From the IMG/VR virus record IMGVR_UViG_3300045988_061988, positions 1 through 38,333 of that record: a DNA stretch of 38,333 nt. One strand, given 5' to 3'. The DNA is from a virus. Below are positions 13,558 through 22,833 of the stretch, in pieces (the stretch's first letter is position 1; each line of letters opens with the position of its first letter). Under the pieces are notes generated by a model. It was not told the DNA's origin and ran no database searches. It saw only the letters and a program-made list of their open reading frames with translations. The position numbers and the translations under genes are program-made.

Positions 13558-14644
13558 AAAACAATACTCAAACATTGATGTCGTAACAATGGCTAAGACA
13601 AGAATAAAAAATATATTTAAAACTGCTAGTAGAATTGAATTATCAGTAAGTGGTGGTAAAGATAGCATTTGCTTAAATGATTTAATATTTAAAATGTGTC
13701 AAAGTGGAGAAATAGACAAATCAAAATTAAAAGTTGATTTTATAGATGAAGAAGCAATATTTCCATGTATAGAAAAACAAGTTAAAAGCATGAGATTACA
13801 ATGGTTGAGTATTGGAGTACCTTTTAATTGGTGGTGTATTCAGGTAAAGCATTATAATTGCTTTAATCAATTAACAAATGATGAAAGTTTTATTTGTTGG
13901 GATGAAACTAAAAAAGATGTATGGATAAGACAAAAGCCAAAATTTGCAATTACAAATGATCCATTACTTGATGAAAGACATGACACCTATCAAAGTTTTA
14001 TGAATAAAAAAAATAAAAATTGTGTATCAGTAATTGGCGTTAGAGCAAGTGAAAGTATTCAAAGATTAACGAATTTAGCAAATAGAAAATTACAAGAAAA
14101 AATGTTTCCTATCTATGATTGGACCGATAAAGATGTATGGATGTATATAAGAGATAATAACTTAGAATTCCCAGATGCTTATAAATTTATGTATCAAGTA
14201 GGAGTTCCAATTAACAGATTAAGAATAAGTCAATTTTTTAGTATAGATACTGCTAGAAGTTTAACTCAGATGTGCGAATTTTATCCAGAACTATTTGATA
14301 AGATTTGTAAAAGAGAGCCAAATGCTTATATGGCAATGCTTTATTATGATACTGAATTATTTAGAAGACAAAAGAAAAATAAACAAGCAAAGAAAGATGA
14401 AGAAGTTGATTATAAGAATAAATTCTTTGAGATGTTAAAAGAAGAATGGAGATTTGATAATAAACCTATGCAGAGGGTAAAAAGACTAATTAATAGAATA
14501 TTAATTAAATATGGACCATTTTTAAATCAAAAACATTACAAAGAGTTATGTAATATAGTAATTGGTGGAGACCCCAAATTAAGAGCATTAAGAGCTTTAA
14601 TAATGGATTTAGATATTTATGTAAATAAGGAGAGTTACATATGA
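13550..14644 (+). CDS. PP-loop ATP pyrophosphatase of the PAPS-reductase family with a C-terminal extension (IbrA-like)
   Basis: PP-loop SVSGGKDS (nt 13643-13666), GVRASESIQR and PIYDWTDKDVWMYI motifs. A roughly 150-aa helical C-terminal region fits DUF3440-type proteins. The start is uncertain (TTG 13550 or ATG 13589). Confidence 0.75.
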   Translation: MIKKQYSNIDVVTMAKTRIKNIFKTASRIELSVSGGKDSICLNDLIFKMCQSGEIDKSKLKVDFIDEEAIFPCIEKQVKSMRLQWLSIGVPFNWWCIQVKHYNCFNQLTNDESFICWDETKKDVWIRQKPKFAITNDPLLDERHDTYQSFMNKKNKNCVSVIGVRASESIQRLTNLANRKLQEKMFPIYDWTDKDVWMYIRDNNLEFPDAYKFMYQVGVPINRLRISQFFSIDTARSLTQMCEFYPELFDKICKREPNAYMAMLYYDTELFRRQKKNKQAKKDEEVDYKNKFFEMLKEEWRFDNKPMQRVKRLINRILIKYGPFLNQKHYKELCNIVIGGDPKLRALRALIMDLDIYVNKESYI

Positions 14645-15189
14645 AAGAAAATGAAATAAAAAAATATGAAAATAAAAATATATTAGAACCTTTAGAAAAT
14701 GTTAAATTTGTTGATAGAGATTTATTAAAACCAAATAATTATAACCCAAATAAAGTATCAGAACAAAATCTTGAATTATTAGTTCAGTCTATATTAGTAA
14801 ATGGTTGGACTATGCCAATAGTTATAAGACCGGATTATACAATTATAGATGGTTTTCATAGATGGACTGTATCAGGTAGAGAACCATTGAAAACATTATT
14901 AAAAAATAAAGTTCCAGTTGTTATTGTAGATCATAAAGACCATGCAGAAGATGTCTATGGTACTATCACACATAATAGAGCAAGGGGAACTCATTTATTA
15001 GAACCAATGAAAGCAATAGTAAAAGAATTATTGGATGCAGGAAAAACAACAAAAGAAATATGTAAAGAATTAGGAATGAAACCAGAAGAAGTATTTAGAT
15101 TATCTGATTTCACAAGAGAAGATTTTTTAAGAATGATGATTAAGGACCAAAAGACTTATAATAAATCATATCAAGTAAAAAAATTTTAG
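14641..15189 (+). CDS. ParB/Srx-fold protein with a canonical DGxHR box (IbrB-like)
   Basis: LLKPNNYNPNKV...PIVIRPDYTIIDGFHRWTV...THNRARGTH, followed by an HTH-like KTTKEICKELGMKPEEVFRL. ATGA overlap with the upstream gene. Confidence 0.7.
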   Translation: MKENEIKKYENKNILEPLENVKFVDRDLLKPNNYNPNKVSEQNLELLVQSILVNGWTMPIVIRPDYTIIDGFHRWTVSGREPLKTLLKNKVPVVIVDHKDHAEDVYGTITHNRARGTHLLEPMKAIVKELLDAGKTTKEICKELGMKPEEVFRLSDFTREDFLRMMIKDQKTYNKSYQVKKF

Positions 15190-15200
15190 GAGGTGATAAT

Positions 15201-15572
15201 ATGGCGAAAATGACTTTAACCGAACAAGCACAAGAAATTTTAAGAATTGCAGAAGAAAGTGGAGTACAAAGTAATTATTTTTTTATAACCACTTTCAAAA
15301 GATATCAAATGCAATTAGTTATGTTATATGAATTAGAAAAATCTATAAAAGAGGATGGAATATTAGTTGAAAAAGAATATGTTAAAGGCAGAAAAAATTT
15401 ATATTCTAGTCCAGCAGTAAAAGATTATAATGCAACAACAGACAGTGCGAATAGAACAGTCGCAACTCTTATGAAGATTATTAAGAATTATAACGTAAGT
15501 GATACAACCGAGGATGCAGACCCGCTTATGAAGATCATTAATGGTGGTGAAGATGATGGCGGTGACGAGTAG
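15201..15572 (+). CDS. terS: Terminase small subunit, P27 family
   Basis: Strong RBS taggaggtga. ...KRYQMQLVMLYELEKSIKEDGILVEKEYVKGRKNLYSSPAVKDYNATTDSANRTVATLMKII is a typical P27/Terminase_4 pattern. Confidence 0.8.
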   Translation: MAKMTLTEQAQEILRIAEESGVQSNYFFITTFKRYQMQLVMLYELEKSIKEDGILVEKEYVKGRKNLYSSPAVKDYNATTDSANRTVATLMKIIKNYNVSDTTEDADPLMKIINGGEDDGGDE

Positions 15573-17244
15573 TAAGGCTTACGAATATTGCAAAAAATCT
15601 ATTAGAAAGAAAACCACTCCGAAGTACGTTAAGTTACAAATGAAAGCATGGATGAGGATTGCTGAAGGAAAAGACAGAAAGTATTTCATATCCGAAAAGA
15701 AAGTACAGCAGATTGAGAACATCCTGAAACTGTTGATTATGCCGAAAGGCCTCAAGGCCGGACAGTCTATGTATAAGTGCGCCACTGGTTATCAGTGGCT
15801 TATTTATATCGCAATGCTAGGCACGGTGTATCGGGAGAATCCGAAAAAACGCAGATACGAAACAGGTCTGTTGGAGATTTGCAGAAAGAATTTTAAGACG
15901 TACACGGTCGGAACGATTTTTATTATTTTGTTTTTGACAGAGCCAAAGTTCTCAAAATTCTTTTCAGTTGCACCAGATGGTTCTTTGTCGAAAGAAATCA
16001 AAGAAGCAATTTCAGATACAATCAAAAGCAGTCCGCTGATATATGAGTACAAAGGAACGAAGCGTTTCAAGCTGTTAAGGGACTACATCAAGTTTAAGCC
16101 AAACGAAAACACGTTAATTCCGTTGGCATATAGTAATAACCGTATGGACGGACGTATGCCGAATGCGTTCATCGCAGATGAGGTTGGAGCATTGCCAAAT
16201 AAATATCCTGTCGATGCAATGAGGTCAGGGCAGCTTAACGTCTTTAATAAACTTGGGTTCGTAATCAGTACAAAATATCCGACAATCGACAATCCATTCG
16301 AGGATGAGGTTGCATATGCCAAAAAGATTCTTGACGGCATTGAGAAAGACGAAACAGTATTTGCACTGTTGTATGAGCCTGACAAAACGTCTGATTGGGA
16401 AACAGACGATCTTATTCTGAAACAGGCAAATCCGTCGGCACTTGAAATACCTGAAATTTGGGATGATCTTATCAAGAAGCGTGCCAGAGCCATTGCTATT
16501 GAGAACGAGCGAGAGAACTTTGTTACAAAGCACTGCAATATCATTTATCAAGGTCAGGGAACAGAAACGTTTATTGATGTTAAGGATGTTCAGGCGTGCA
16601 AGGTTGCAGATATTGATTGGAACGGCAGAGTTGTATATTTAGGTGTTGACCTTTCAGAATCAAACGATAATACATCTGTTGCCATGGTTTCTGTAGATGA
16701 TGATGATAACATTCTTGCAGAAAGTTTTGCGTTTATTCCGGCAGACAGAATCACGGAGAAAACAGTCTCAGAGCGTGTAAACTATCAAGAACTATTGAAG
16801 AGTGGGAAGGTATTTGCATGCGGTGACAGAGTTATCTCATATGCGTTTGTTGAGCAATTAATCTTGAGCGTTGAAAGCCGTTATAACGTGCAAATTCAGG
16901 CGATTGGCTATGATAGGTGGAATGCATTAAGCACAGCGCAGAAATTGGCTAATGAGGGTTATAACACGGTTCAAATCAAGCAGTATTCAAGCGTGCTACA
17001 TTCTCCGACAAAGAGGATGAAAGAAGCAATCCTTACGCAGAAATTCAAATACACAGAAAATAAATTGCTAGAGATAAACTTTCAGAATGCAAAATGTGCA
17101 TACGATACAAACAAAAATATGTACGTGAGTAAGAAAAAGAGCAACGGAAAAGTTGATATGGTGGTATCACTTATCAATGCAATTTACCTTCTTGAGCAGG
17201 ATTATTTCCTGAATGAGGGTGACTTTACATTCCAGATGATTTAA
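15541..17244 (+). CDS. terL: Terminase large subunit (HK97/Terminase_1 type)
   Basis: Size, its position between terS and portal, and the pattern of conserved acidic motifs (FIADEVG, VYLGVDLS). The start is uncertain (15541, 15553 or 15556). Confidence 0.85.
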   Translation: MVVKMMAVTSSKAYEYCKKSIRKKTTPKYVKLQMKAWMRIAEGKDRKYFISEKKVQQIENILKLLIMPKGLKAGQSMYKCATGYQWLIYIAMLGTVYRENPKKRRYETGLLEICRKNFKTYTVGTIFIILFLTEPKFSKFFSVAPDGSLSKEIKEAISDTIKSSPLIYEYKGTKRFKLLRDYIKFKPNENTLIPLAYSNNRMDGRMPNAFIADEVGALPNKYPVDAMRSGQLNVFNKLGFVISTKYPTIDNPFEDEVAYAKKILDGIEKDETVFALLYEPDKTSDWETDDLILKQANPSALEIPEIWDDLIKKRARAIAIENERENFVTKHCNIIYQGQGTETFIDVKDVQACKVADIDWNGRVVYLGVDLSESNDNTSVAMVSVDDDDNILAESFAFIPADRITEKTVSERVNYQELLKSGKVFACGDRVISYAFVEQLILSVESRYNVQIQAIGYDRWNALSTAQKLANEGYNTVQIKQYSSVLHSPTKRMKEAILTQKFKYTENKLLEINFQNAKCAYDTNKNMYVSKKKSNGKVDMVVSLINAIYLLEQDYFLNEGDFTFQMI

Positions 17245-17273
17245 TTGTAAAAAATGTGCATTTATGCTAATAT
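17245..17273 (+). promoter_or_regulatory. Internal promoter candidate (TTGTAA, 17-nt spacer, TGc-TAATAT) between terL and portal
   Basis: Hexamers at 17245-17250 and 17268-17273 with TG at -15/-14. A dyad-motif copy GTTTCAAAAAGAAAA follows at 17288-17302. Confidence 0.45.
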
Positions 17274-17325
17274 ATTTGCGTAAAAATGTTTCAAAAAGAA
17301 AATACTAACAAAGGGCGGTAACGAG

Positions 17326-18582
17326 ATGGCACTATTCAGAAAAAGAATCAAGAATAAAATTAATCTTAACGATCAAAGTGTTCAGCTTGACGATGTGCTG
17401 TTATCGGCATTGCTCAACAATGAAAAGATTACGAGAGAGAAAGCATTGACTCTTCCCGCCATATCAGGTGCCGTGGATTTTATCAGCGGTTCAATTGCGT
17501 CAATGCCTGTTAAACTGTACAAGTACAAAGACGGCAAGGTTGAAGAAGTGCAGAAAGACAACCGTGTGCGAATGCTGAATGGCGATACTGGAAACACGCT
17601 TGACGGTTTCCAAACAAAAAAGGCCATGGTCGAGGATTATCTGCTTGGCAAGGGTGGATATTGTTACATCCAGAGAGACAGACAGAACAACGTAACGGCG
17701 TTGAAATATATTCAAGATATGAACGTTACTGTGTGGTCAAATTCCGACCCGATGAACCGTTTCGTACAGTTCTATGTTGGCACAAATAAAATATATCCGT
17801 GGAACATGGTAAAGCTGTTGAGAAATACCAAAGACGGAGCAAGTGGAAAGGGATTGACAGGAGAAATCTCGAAGGCCCTTGAAGTGGCATACAGCACATT
17901 AGTGTATCAGCTTGGATTAGTCAAGACAGGCGGTAACAAAAAAGGCTTCTTACAGGCAGAACGTAGAATTGGGCAAGAAGAAATCAATAAGCTGAAGGAA
18001 GCGTGGAAGCGGCTGTATACCAACAATACCGATAATGTAATGGTTTTGAATAACGGCATCAAGTTTCAGGAGTCGTCAAACAGTTCCGTTGAAATGCAGC
18101 TAAATGAGAGTAAGAAGACTTTGCAGGATGAAATAAATGGAGTATTCCATATTCACAGTGACTTCAATCTGACTTTCAAAGAAGCAATCTATCCAATTGT
18201 TAAAGCATTTGAGACAGCACTCAACAGCACGTTACTGTTAGAAAAAGAAAAGAAAAACTTCTTCTTTGAATTTGATACGAAAGAAATTGTGAAAGCAAGC
18301 ATCAAAGAAAGATTCGATGCTTACAAGGTTGCAAAAGACACAGGACTTATGACTATCAATGAGTTGCGCCGCATGGAAAATCTCAATTACATTGAGGGTA
18401 TGGACGTGATCAATGTTGGACTTGGAGCAGTTCTGTATGATATTGAAACCGGAACGTATTACACTCCAAACACCGGACAGGTGACAGGTGGAGATGAAGA
18501 AGAAGCGACTGATAAAGTGGAAGAAACTGAACAGGGGGCAGATGATGAATTACAAGTACCTGAAGAATCTGACGAAAAATAG
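17326..18582 (+). CDS. Portal protein, HK97 family
   Basis: Size and position between terL and the ClpP-type protease, plus an acidic C-terminal tail. Confidence 0.85.
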   Translation: MALFRKRIKNKINLNDQSVQLDDVLLSALLNNEKITREKALTLPAISGAVDFISGSIASMPVKLYKYKDGKVEEVQKDNRVRMLNGDTGNTLDGFQTKKAMVEDYLLGKGGYCYIQRDRQNNVTALKYIQDMNVTVWSNSDPMNRFVQFYVGTNKIYPWNMVKLLRNTKDGASGKGLTGEISKALEVAYSTLVYQLGLVKTGGNKKGFLQAERRIGQEEINKLKEAWKRLYTNNTDNVMVLNNGIKFQESSNSSVEMQLNESKKTLQDEINGVFHIHSDFNLTFKEAIYPIVKAFETALNSTLLLEKEKKNFFFEFDTKEIVKASIKERFDAYKVAKDTGLMTINELRRMENLNYIEGMDVINVGLGAVLYDIETGTYYTPNTGQVTGGDEEEATDKVEETEQGADDELQVPEESDEK

Positions 18583-19315
18583 TGCAGACTTTTATGTATA
18601 TGGAGATATCGTTGATGAAAACGTACCGGACTGGTGGACTGGTGAAAAGTCCGAAACAGCAGTTGATACGAATGCATTCAAGACAGAGCTTGAAAGTTTG
18701 AATGGTGTGACAGATTTTAATATTTACATCAATTCAGGCGGTGGCTCAGTGTTTGCAAGCTCTGCAATGGTTAGTATGTTGAAGAGATTCAGACAGAACA
18801 CAGGAGCAACGATTCATGCATATATTGATGGATTGTGTGCAAGTGCCGCAACGTATCTTGCCATGGTTGCAGACGATATAAACATTTACAAAAATTCTGT
18901 GCTGATGATCCACAAGCCAATGACGTTTGCATACGGAAATGCTAACGAGCTACAACATGATATTGATACATTAAATCTGATTGAAAGCGGAACAATGTTG
19001 CCGATGTATGAAGCAAAGGCAAAAGAAGGAATCACAGCAGAAAAGATTGCAGAGCTGGTGGAAAACGAAACGTGGTTCAGCGGCAATGCAGATGATGATA
19101 TGTACATCGGAAATTATTTCAATGTAAACGCACTTGAAACAGTGAAGGATGTACAGGCATGTGCAACTGACTTGTTCAGGAATTACAAGCATGTGCCAGA
19201 TAAACTGAAAAGACCAAAACAGACTAAAAAGCCTGTCGAGGATCGTGTGCTTGATTATTCAGCATACGAGAATATTATTAGTTCATTAAAGAAAGACGGA
19301 GGGGCGAAAAAATGA
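18542..19315 (+). CDS. Head maturation protease, ClpP-like (S14)
   Basis: INSGGGSVFASSAMVSMLK...IDGLCASAATYLAMVAD...VLMIHKP is a ClpP-fold Ser/His region. ATG 18542 after gggggcag. Confidence 0.85.
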   Translation: MMNYKYLKNLTKNSADFYVYGDIVDENVPDWWTGEKSETAVDTNAFKTELESLNGVTDFNIYINSGGGSVFASSAMVSMLKRFRQNTGATIHAYIDGLCASAATYLAMVADDINIYKNSVLMIHKPMTFAYGNANELQHDIDTLNLIESGTMLPMYEAKAKEGITAEKIAELVENETWFSGNADDDMYIGNYFNVNALETVKDVQACATDLFRNYKHVPDKLKRPKQTKKPVEDRVLDYSAYENIISSLKKDGGAKK

Positions 19316-20451
19316 ACGTAAAAGAACTCATCGAAAATCGAAATTCAAAAGTCGCTCAGATGGAGAGCTTGTTGACAACTGCAAAGGCAGAAAACAGATT
19401 ACCGTCTGAAGATGAAAAGAATCAGTTCGCAGACCTTGAAAAGGAAGTCAAGGACATTGATGCGGCTATTGCTATGTATGACCAGATGGCCAACATGACC
19501 ATGAAGAAGGTACCGAGTACACCTATTGAAATGACAGATGCAGAAAAAGATCACAAGGCATTCGAGAATGCAATTCGTGGTATTGTGAATACTGACACAC
19601 CGACAATGCCGGCTGATGCAAAAACACTTATTCCGACAACTGTTTGGAATGAAATCATTTCACAGGTAATTGAAATTTCACCTGTATTCTCTATGGCAGA
19701 CCGCTATAACATCACTGGCAATTTAGTATTACCAAAGTATGATGCGGAGAACAGTTCTATCGTGATGCAATATGCAGATGAAGGAACAACAGCAGAGTCT
19801 GGAAAAGTTGTTATCGGCCAGATTACACTTGGTGGATTCCTTGCGCGTTGCCTTGCTAAAATTTCAAAAAGCTTGATTAACAATTCCAACTTTGACATCG
19901 TTGGTTTTGTTGAAGCAAAAATGGCACAAGCAATCGCATTGTATTTCGAACATGAGATTTTGTTCGGTACAGAAGGCAAGGTTGATGGTTTGAAGGGCAT
20001 TGCGGCAGACATGATCGTTACAACAGCCGCAGCCACAAAGATTACATCAGACGAGTTGATGGATTTACAAGACAAGGTGATTGACAACTATCAGGGTAAT
20101 TCTATTTGGATTATGAACCGTGAAACTCGAAATGCAATCAGAAAGTTGAAGGATAATGAAGGCGATTACTTATTGAACCGTGATTTTACAGCAAAATGGG
20201 GATATACACTTCTAGGCAAGGATGTTTATTGTTCTGATGCTATGGACAAAATGCTTGCAGGAAAGACAACTATCTACTATGGTGACTTATCTGGTTTAGC
20301 TGTGAAAGTTTCAGAAGAAGCTAACATGCAGGTGTTGCAAGAAAGATATGCAGAAGAACATTTACTTGGAATTCTAGCTTTCGTTGAGTGGGATGCAAAA
20401 GTTGCAGACACTCAGAAGCTTGCAAAACTTGTGATGGCAGCAGGCAAATAA
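19312..20451 (+). CDS. Major capsid protein, HK97 family
   Basis: N-terminal coiled-coil delta-like region followed by an HK97-fold-sized body. Directly follows the protease (ATGA overlap). Confidence 0.85.
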   Translation: MNVKELIENRNSKVAQMESLLTTAKAENRLPSEDEKNQFADLEKEVKDIDAAIAMYDQMANMTMKKVPSTPIEMTDAEKDHKAFENAIRGIVNTDTPTMPADAKTLIPTTVWNEIISQVIEISPVFSMADRYNITGNLVLPKYDAENSSIVMQYADEGTTAESGKVVIGQITLGGFLARCLAKISKSLINNSNFDIVGFVEAKMAQAIALYFEHEILFGTEGKVDGLKGIAADMIVTTAAATKITSDELMDLQDKVIDNYQGNSIWIMNRETRNAIRKLKDNEGDYLLNRDFTAKWGYTLLGKDVYCSDAMDKMLAGKTTIYYGDLSGLAVKVSEEANMQVLQERYAEEHLLGILAFVEWDAKVADTQKLAKLVMAAGK

Positions 20452-20467
20452 AAAGGGGTGAAACGTT

Positions 20468-20761
20468 ATGGAAGTAAGCAAAGTCAGTGATATTACAGTA
20501 GATTGCGTTGCAGATTATTTGAGACTGGATGAATTAACATACAAGGAAATCAATACATTGACAATGCTTATTTCTATTGCAACCTCATATATCGAAAACT
20601 ATACAGGGCTTGATAATCTGGACAAATATCCTGAGTTCGTTATCGTTGTGTTGATTTTGTGTCAAGATATGTGGGACAACCGCACGATGTATGTTGACAG
20701 CAAGGATTTGAACAACACTGTTCAGAGCATTCTTGCGATGCATAGCGTCAATCTATTGTGA
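20468..20761 (+). CDS. Head-tail connector (gp6-like)
   Basis: ADYLRLDE...LISIATSYIENYTG is a pattern typical of the Phage_connect_1 family. Confidence 0.7.
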   Translation: MEVSKVSDITVDCVADYLRLDELTYKEINTLTMLISIATSYIENYTGLDNLDKYPEFVIVVLILCQDMWDNRTMYVDSKDLNNTVQSILAMHSVNLL

Positions 20762-20771
20762 GGTGTTAGAC

Positions 20772-21098
20772 ATGTTAAATGCAGGAAAGTATTCAAAGCG
20801 TATCACAATTTACAAAACGGTGATTGTGACAGACGAGGATGGTTTTCAGACAGAACAAAAGCAGGTGATACTACAGCCGTATGCATACGTGAGAACGACA
20901 AAAGGCTTTACGCTGATTGCTAACAATTCTGATTTTGAGAAAGCATACACCAACTTCACAATTCGGTTTCCAAAAACAGAGATCACAAGGGATATGCTGA
21001 TTGAGTTTCACGGCAAGACATATACGATTGAGTATCTGAACAATGTTGATGAAAACAGTGTAGAATTGGAAATTCAGGCAAAGGAAGTGACTCACTGA
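20772..21098 (+). CDS. Head closure / head-tail adaptor protein
   Basis: LNAGKYSKRITIY...DEDGFQTE...YAYVRT...TIRF...HGKTYTIEYLNNVDE is characteristic of the head-closure family. RBS gaggtg. Confidence 0.75.
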   Translation: MLNAGKYSKRITIYKTVIVTDEDGFQTEQKQVILQPYAYVRTTKGFTLIANNSDFEKAYTNFTIRFPKTEITRDMLIEFHGKTYTIEYLNNVDENSVELEIQAKEVTH

Positions 21099-21526
21099 TG
21101 GCAAAAATTATTGTTGATATTGATGATAGCGTGCTGAAGGATATATCTTACATCGACAAGCAGTTTGATCACATCTTTGGTGGCATGACCAAAGCAGGGG
21201 CAGAGGTCGTTTACAAGAACGTTATTTCGGCACTTCCAGAGTCGCTGAGAAGTTCAGGCTTTAGCAGCCATGTGAAACTGTCACGTGTGTATAAAACACC
21301 TTCAGATGATGGTATCAACACAAAAGTCATGATCACTGGATATTTCATCAACAAAGATGGAAGAAAGACTCCTGCACCACTTGTTGCGAATATGTTTGAG
21401 TATGGAAGTACGAAAAAGAAATATCCAAAGCAACCGTTCTTCCGAAAGTCTTTCAAAAAGTCACAAATCATGAAAGCCATGGAAGAAGCACAGAAGAAGT
21501 TAAGCGGGGGACTGTTGGATGAATAA
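21098..21526 (+). CDS. HK97 gp10-like tail-completion component
   Basis: Position and size, with family-typical features. TGATG overlap with the upstream gene. Confidence 0.6.
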   Translation: MAKIIVDIDDSVLKDISYIDKQFDHIFGGMTKAGAEVVYKNVISALPESLRSSGFSSHVKLSRVYKTPSDDGINTKVMITGYFINKDGRKTPAPLVANMFEYGSTKKKYPKQPFFRKSFKKSQIMKAMEEAQKKLSGGLLDE

Positions 21527-21872
21527 CCTCATCGAAAAAACATTGAGTGACTTCACTGTCAACGGAAAAAAAATTCCAGTCAAGTTCTTGCGGTATAATG
21601 GCAACGAAGAAACGTACATCACGTATATGGAAACAGATGCAGAGAGTGTGTTACATGGTGATGATGAACTGCTGAACTACGTTGAATATTATGATTTTGA
21701 TATTTACACAAAAAGCAATTACAAGCCGATTATTAAGGCTCTAAAGGGATTGCTTACGGGTGTTGGGTTTATGTGGGAACCTGACAGATCATCCGCAGAT
21801 ATGTATGAGGATGATACGAAGTACTACCACAAGACATTATGTTTTTCAATCGAAAGGAGCAACGATGGCTAA
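21519..21872 (+). CDS. Tail terminator/neck protein (hypothetical)
   Basis: Position immediately before the major tail gene. Confidence 0.5.
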   Translation: MNNLIEKTLSDFTVNGKKIPVKFLRYNGNEETYITYMETDAESVLHGDDELLNYVEYYDFDIYTKSNYKPIIKALKGLLTGVGFMWEPDRSSADMYEDDTKYYHKTLCFSIERSNDG

Positions 21873-22428
21873 AATTGGTTTAAATAACTTCCGATATTCA
21901 AAACTTACGGAATCGGAAGAAGGTAAAGCAACTTATGATGGTGCGAAAAAGCCAGCCAAGGCTATTTCATGCAAAGTGGATATCAGTAACAATGATGCGT
22001 CTTTGTATGCAGATGATGCATTGGCTGAGAGTGATACATCTTTCCAGAAAGGTTCTGTAACAGCAGGAATCGACAATGAGGATGTGCAGATCATGGCAGA
22101 CCTTCTGGGACATACGGTTTCAGAAGATGGGAAAGAGCTTGTCAGAAATGCAAACGATGTTGCACCATATGTAGGCTTCGGAAGAATCGTTACAAAGATG
22201 GTGAACGGTGCTTACAAGTACACAGTGGAATTCCTATGCAAGGTTAAGTTCTCAGAACCGTCACAAGATGATTCAACCAAGGGCGAAAGCGTATCATTCA
22301 GCACAACTGAACTTAATGGAGTTGTTGCAACATTGGCTGATGGCACATGGTCAAAGACAAAGACGTTTGATACAAAGACTGAAGCTGTCACATATCTTGA
22401 AGGACTGATGGCAAAGACTTCAGTTTAA
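21865..22428 (+). CDS. Major tail protein (phi13 family-like)
   Basis: ATG 21865 after aaaggagc. MAKIGLNNFRYSKLTE...ATYDGAKKPAKAIS...DISNNDASLYADD is the typical N-terminus of this family. Confidence 0.8.
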   Translation: MAKIGLNNFRYSKLTESEEGKATYDGAKKPAKAISCKVDISNNDASLYADDALAESDTSFQKGSVTAGIDNEDVQIMADLLGHTVSEDGKELVRNANDVAPYVGFGRIVTKMVNGAYKYTVEFLCKVKFSEPSQDDSTKGESVSFSTTELNGVVATLADGTWSKTKTFDTKTEAVTYLEGLMAKTSV

Positions 22429-22440
22429 AAGAATATTAAA

Positions 22441-22469
22441 GGCAGGGTTCGTCCCTGTCTTATTTTTTA
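22441..22469 (+). terminator. Hairpin plus T-tract after the major tail gene (partial terminator)
   Basis: GGCAGGG-ttcgt-CCCTGTC followed by ttatttttt. Confidence 0.6.
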
Positions 22470-22479
22470 GGAGGTAAAC

Positions 22480-22833
22480 ATGAAGGAAATTTCTAAAGAA
22501 TTTGAATACAAAGGCAAGAATTACAAGTTAGTTTTCAATTTGAATGTGATGGAAGTTATTCAGGAGAAGTATGGAACACTTGAAAACTGGGGAAAGCTTA
22601 CAGACGGCACAGAAAATGATGGTGAGCCAAATGCAAAGGCTGTTATCTTTGGTATCACGGCAATGTTGAATGAAGGAATTGACATCGAAAACGAGGAAAA
22701 CGGCACAAAAGAAAAGATGCTTACACGCAAGCAGGTCGGAAGAATGATCACAGATATTGGCTTGCAATCATCTGCACAGTTGATGAATGGCGTTGTCATT
22801 GACAGCACGCAGAGTTCAGAAAAAAACGTATAA
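22480..22833 (+). CDS. Tail assembly chaperone (gpG-like)
   Basis: Position between the major tail and TMP genes. Contains the slippery site near its 3' end. Confidence 0.8.
   Translation: MKEISKEFEYKGKNYKLVFNLNVMEVIQEKYGTLENWGKLTDGTENDGEPNAKAVIFGITAMLNEGIDIENEENGTKEKMLTRKQVGRMITDIGLQSSAQLMNGVVIDSTQSSEKNV

Noticed and set aside
22208-22408. Overlapping alternative-frame ORFs inside structural genes (22208-22408, 23284-23532, 24304-24510, 26266-26520, 28264-28461, 32423-32611, 2732-3001, 16442-16642)
   Set aside because: They are embedded in longer ORFs with clear family identity, have no RBS, and show basic or low-complexity composition typical of off-frame translation.
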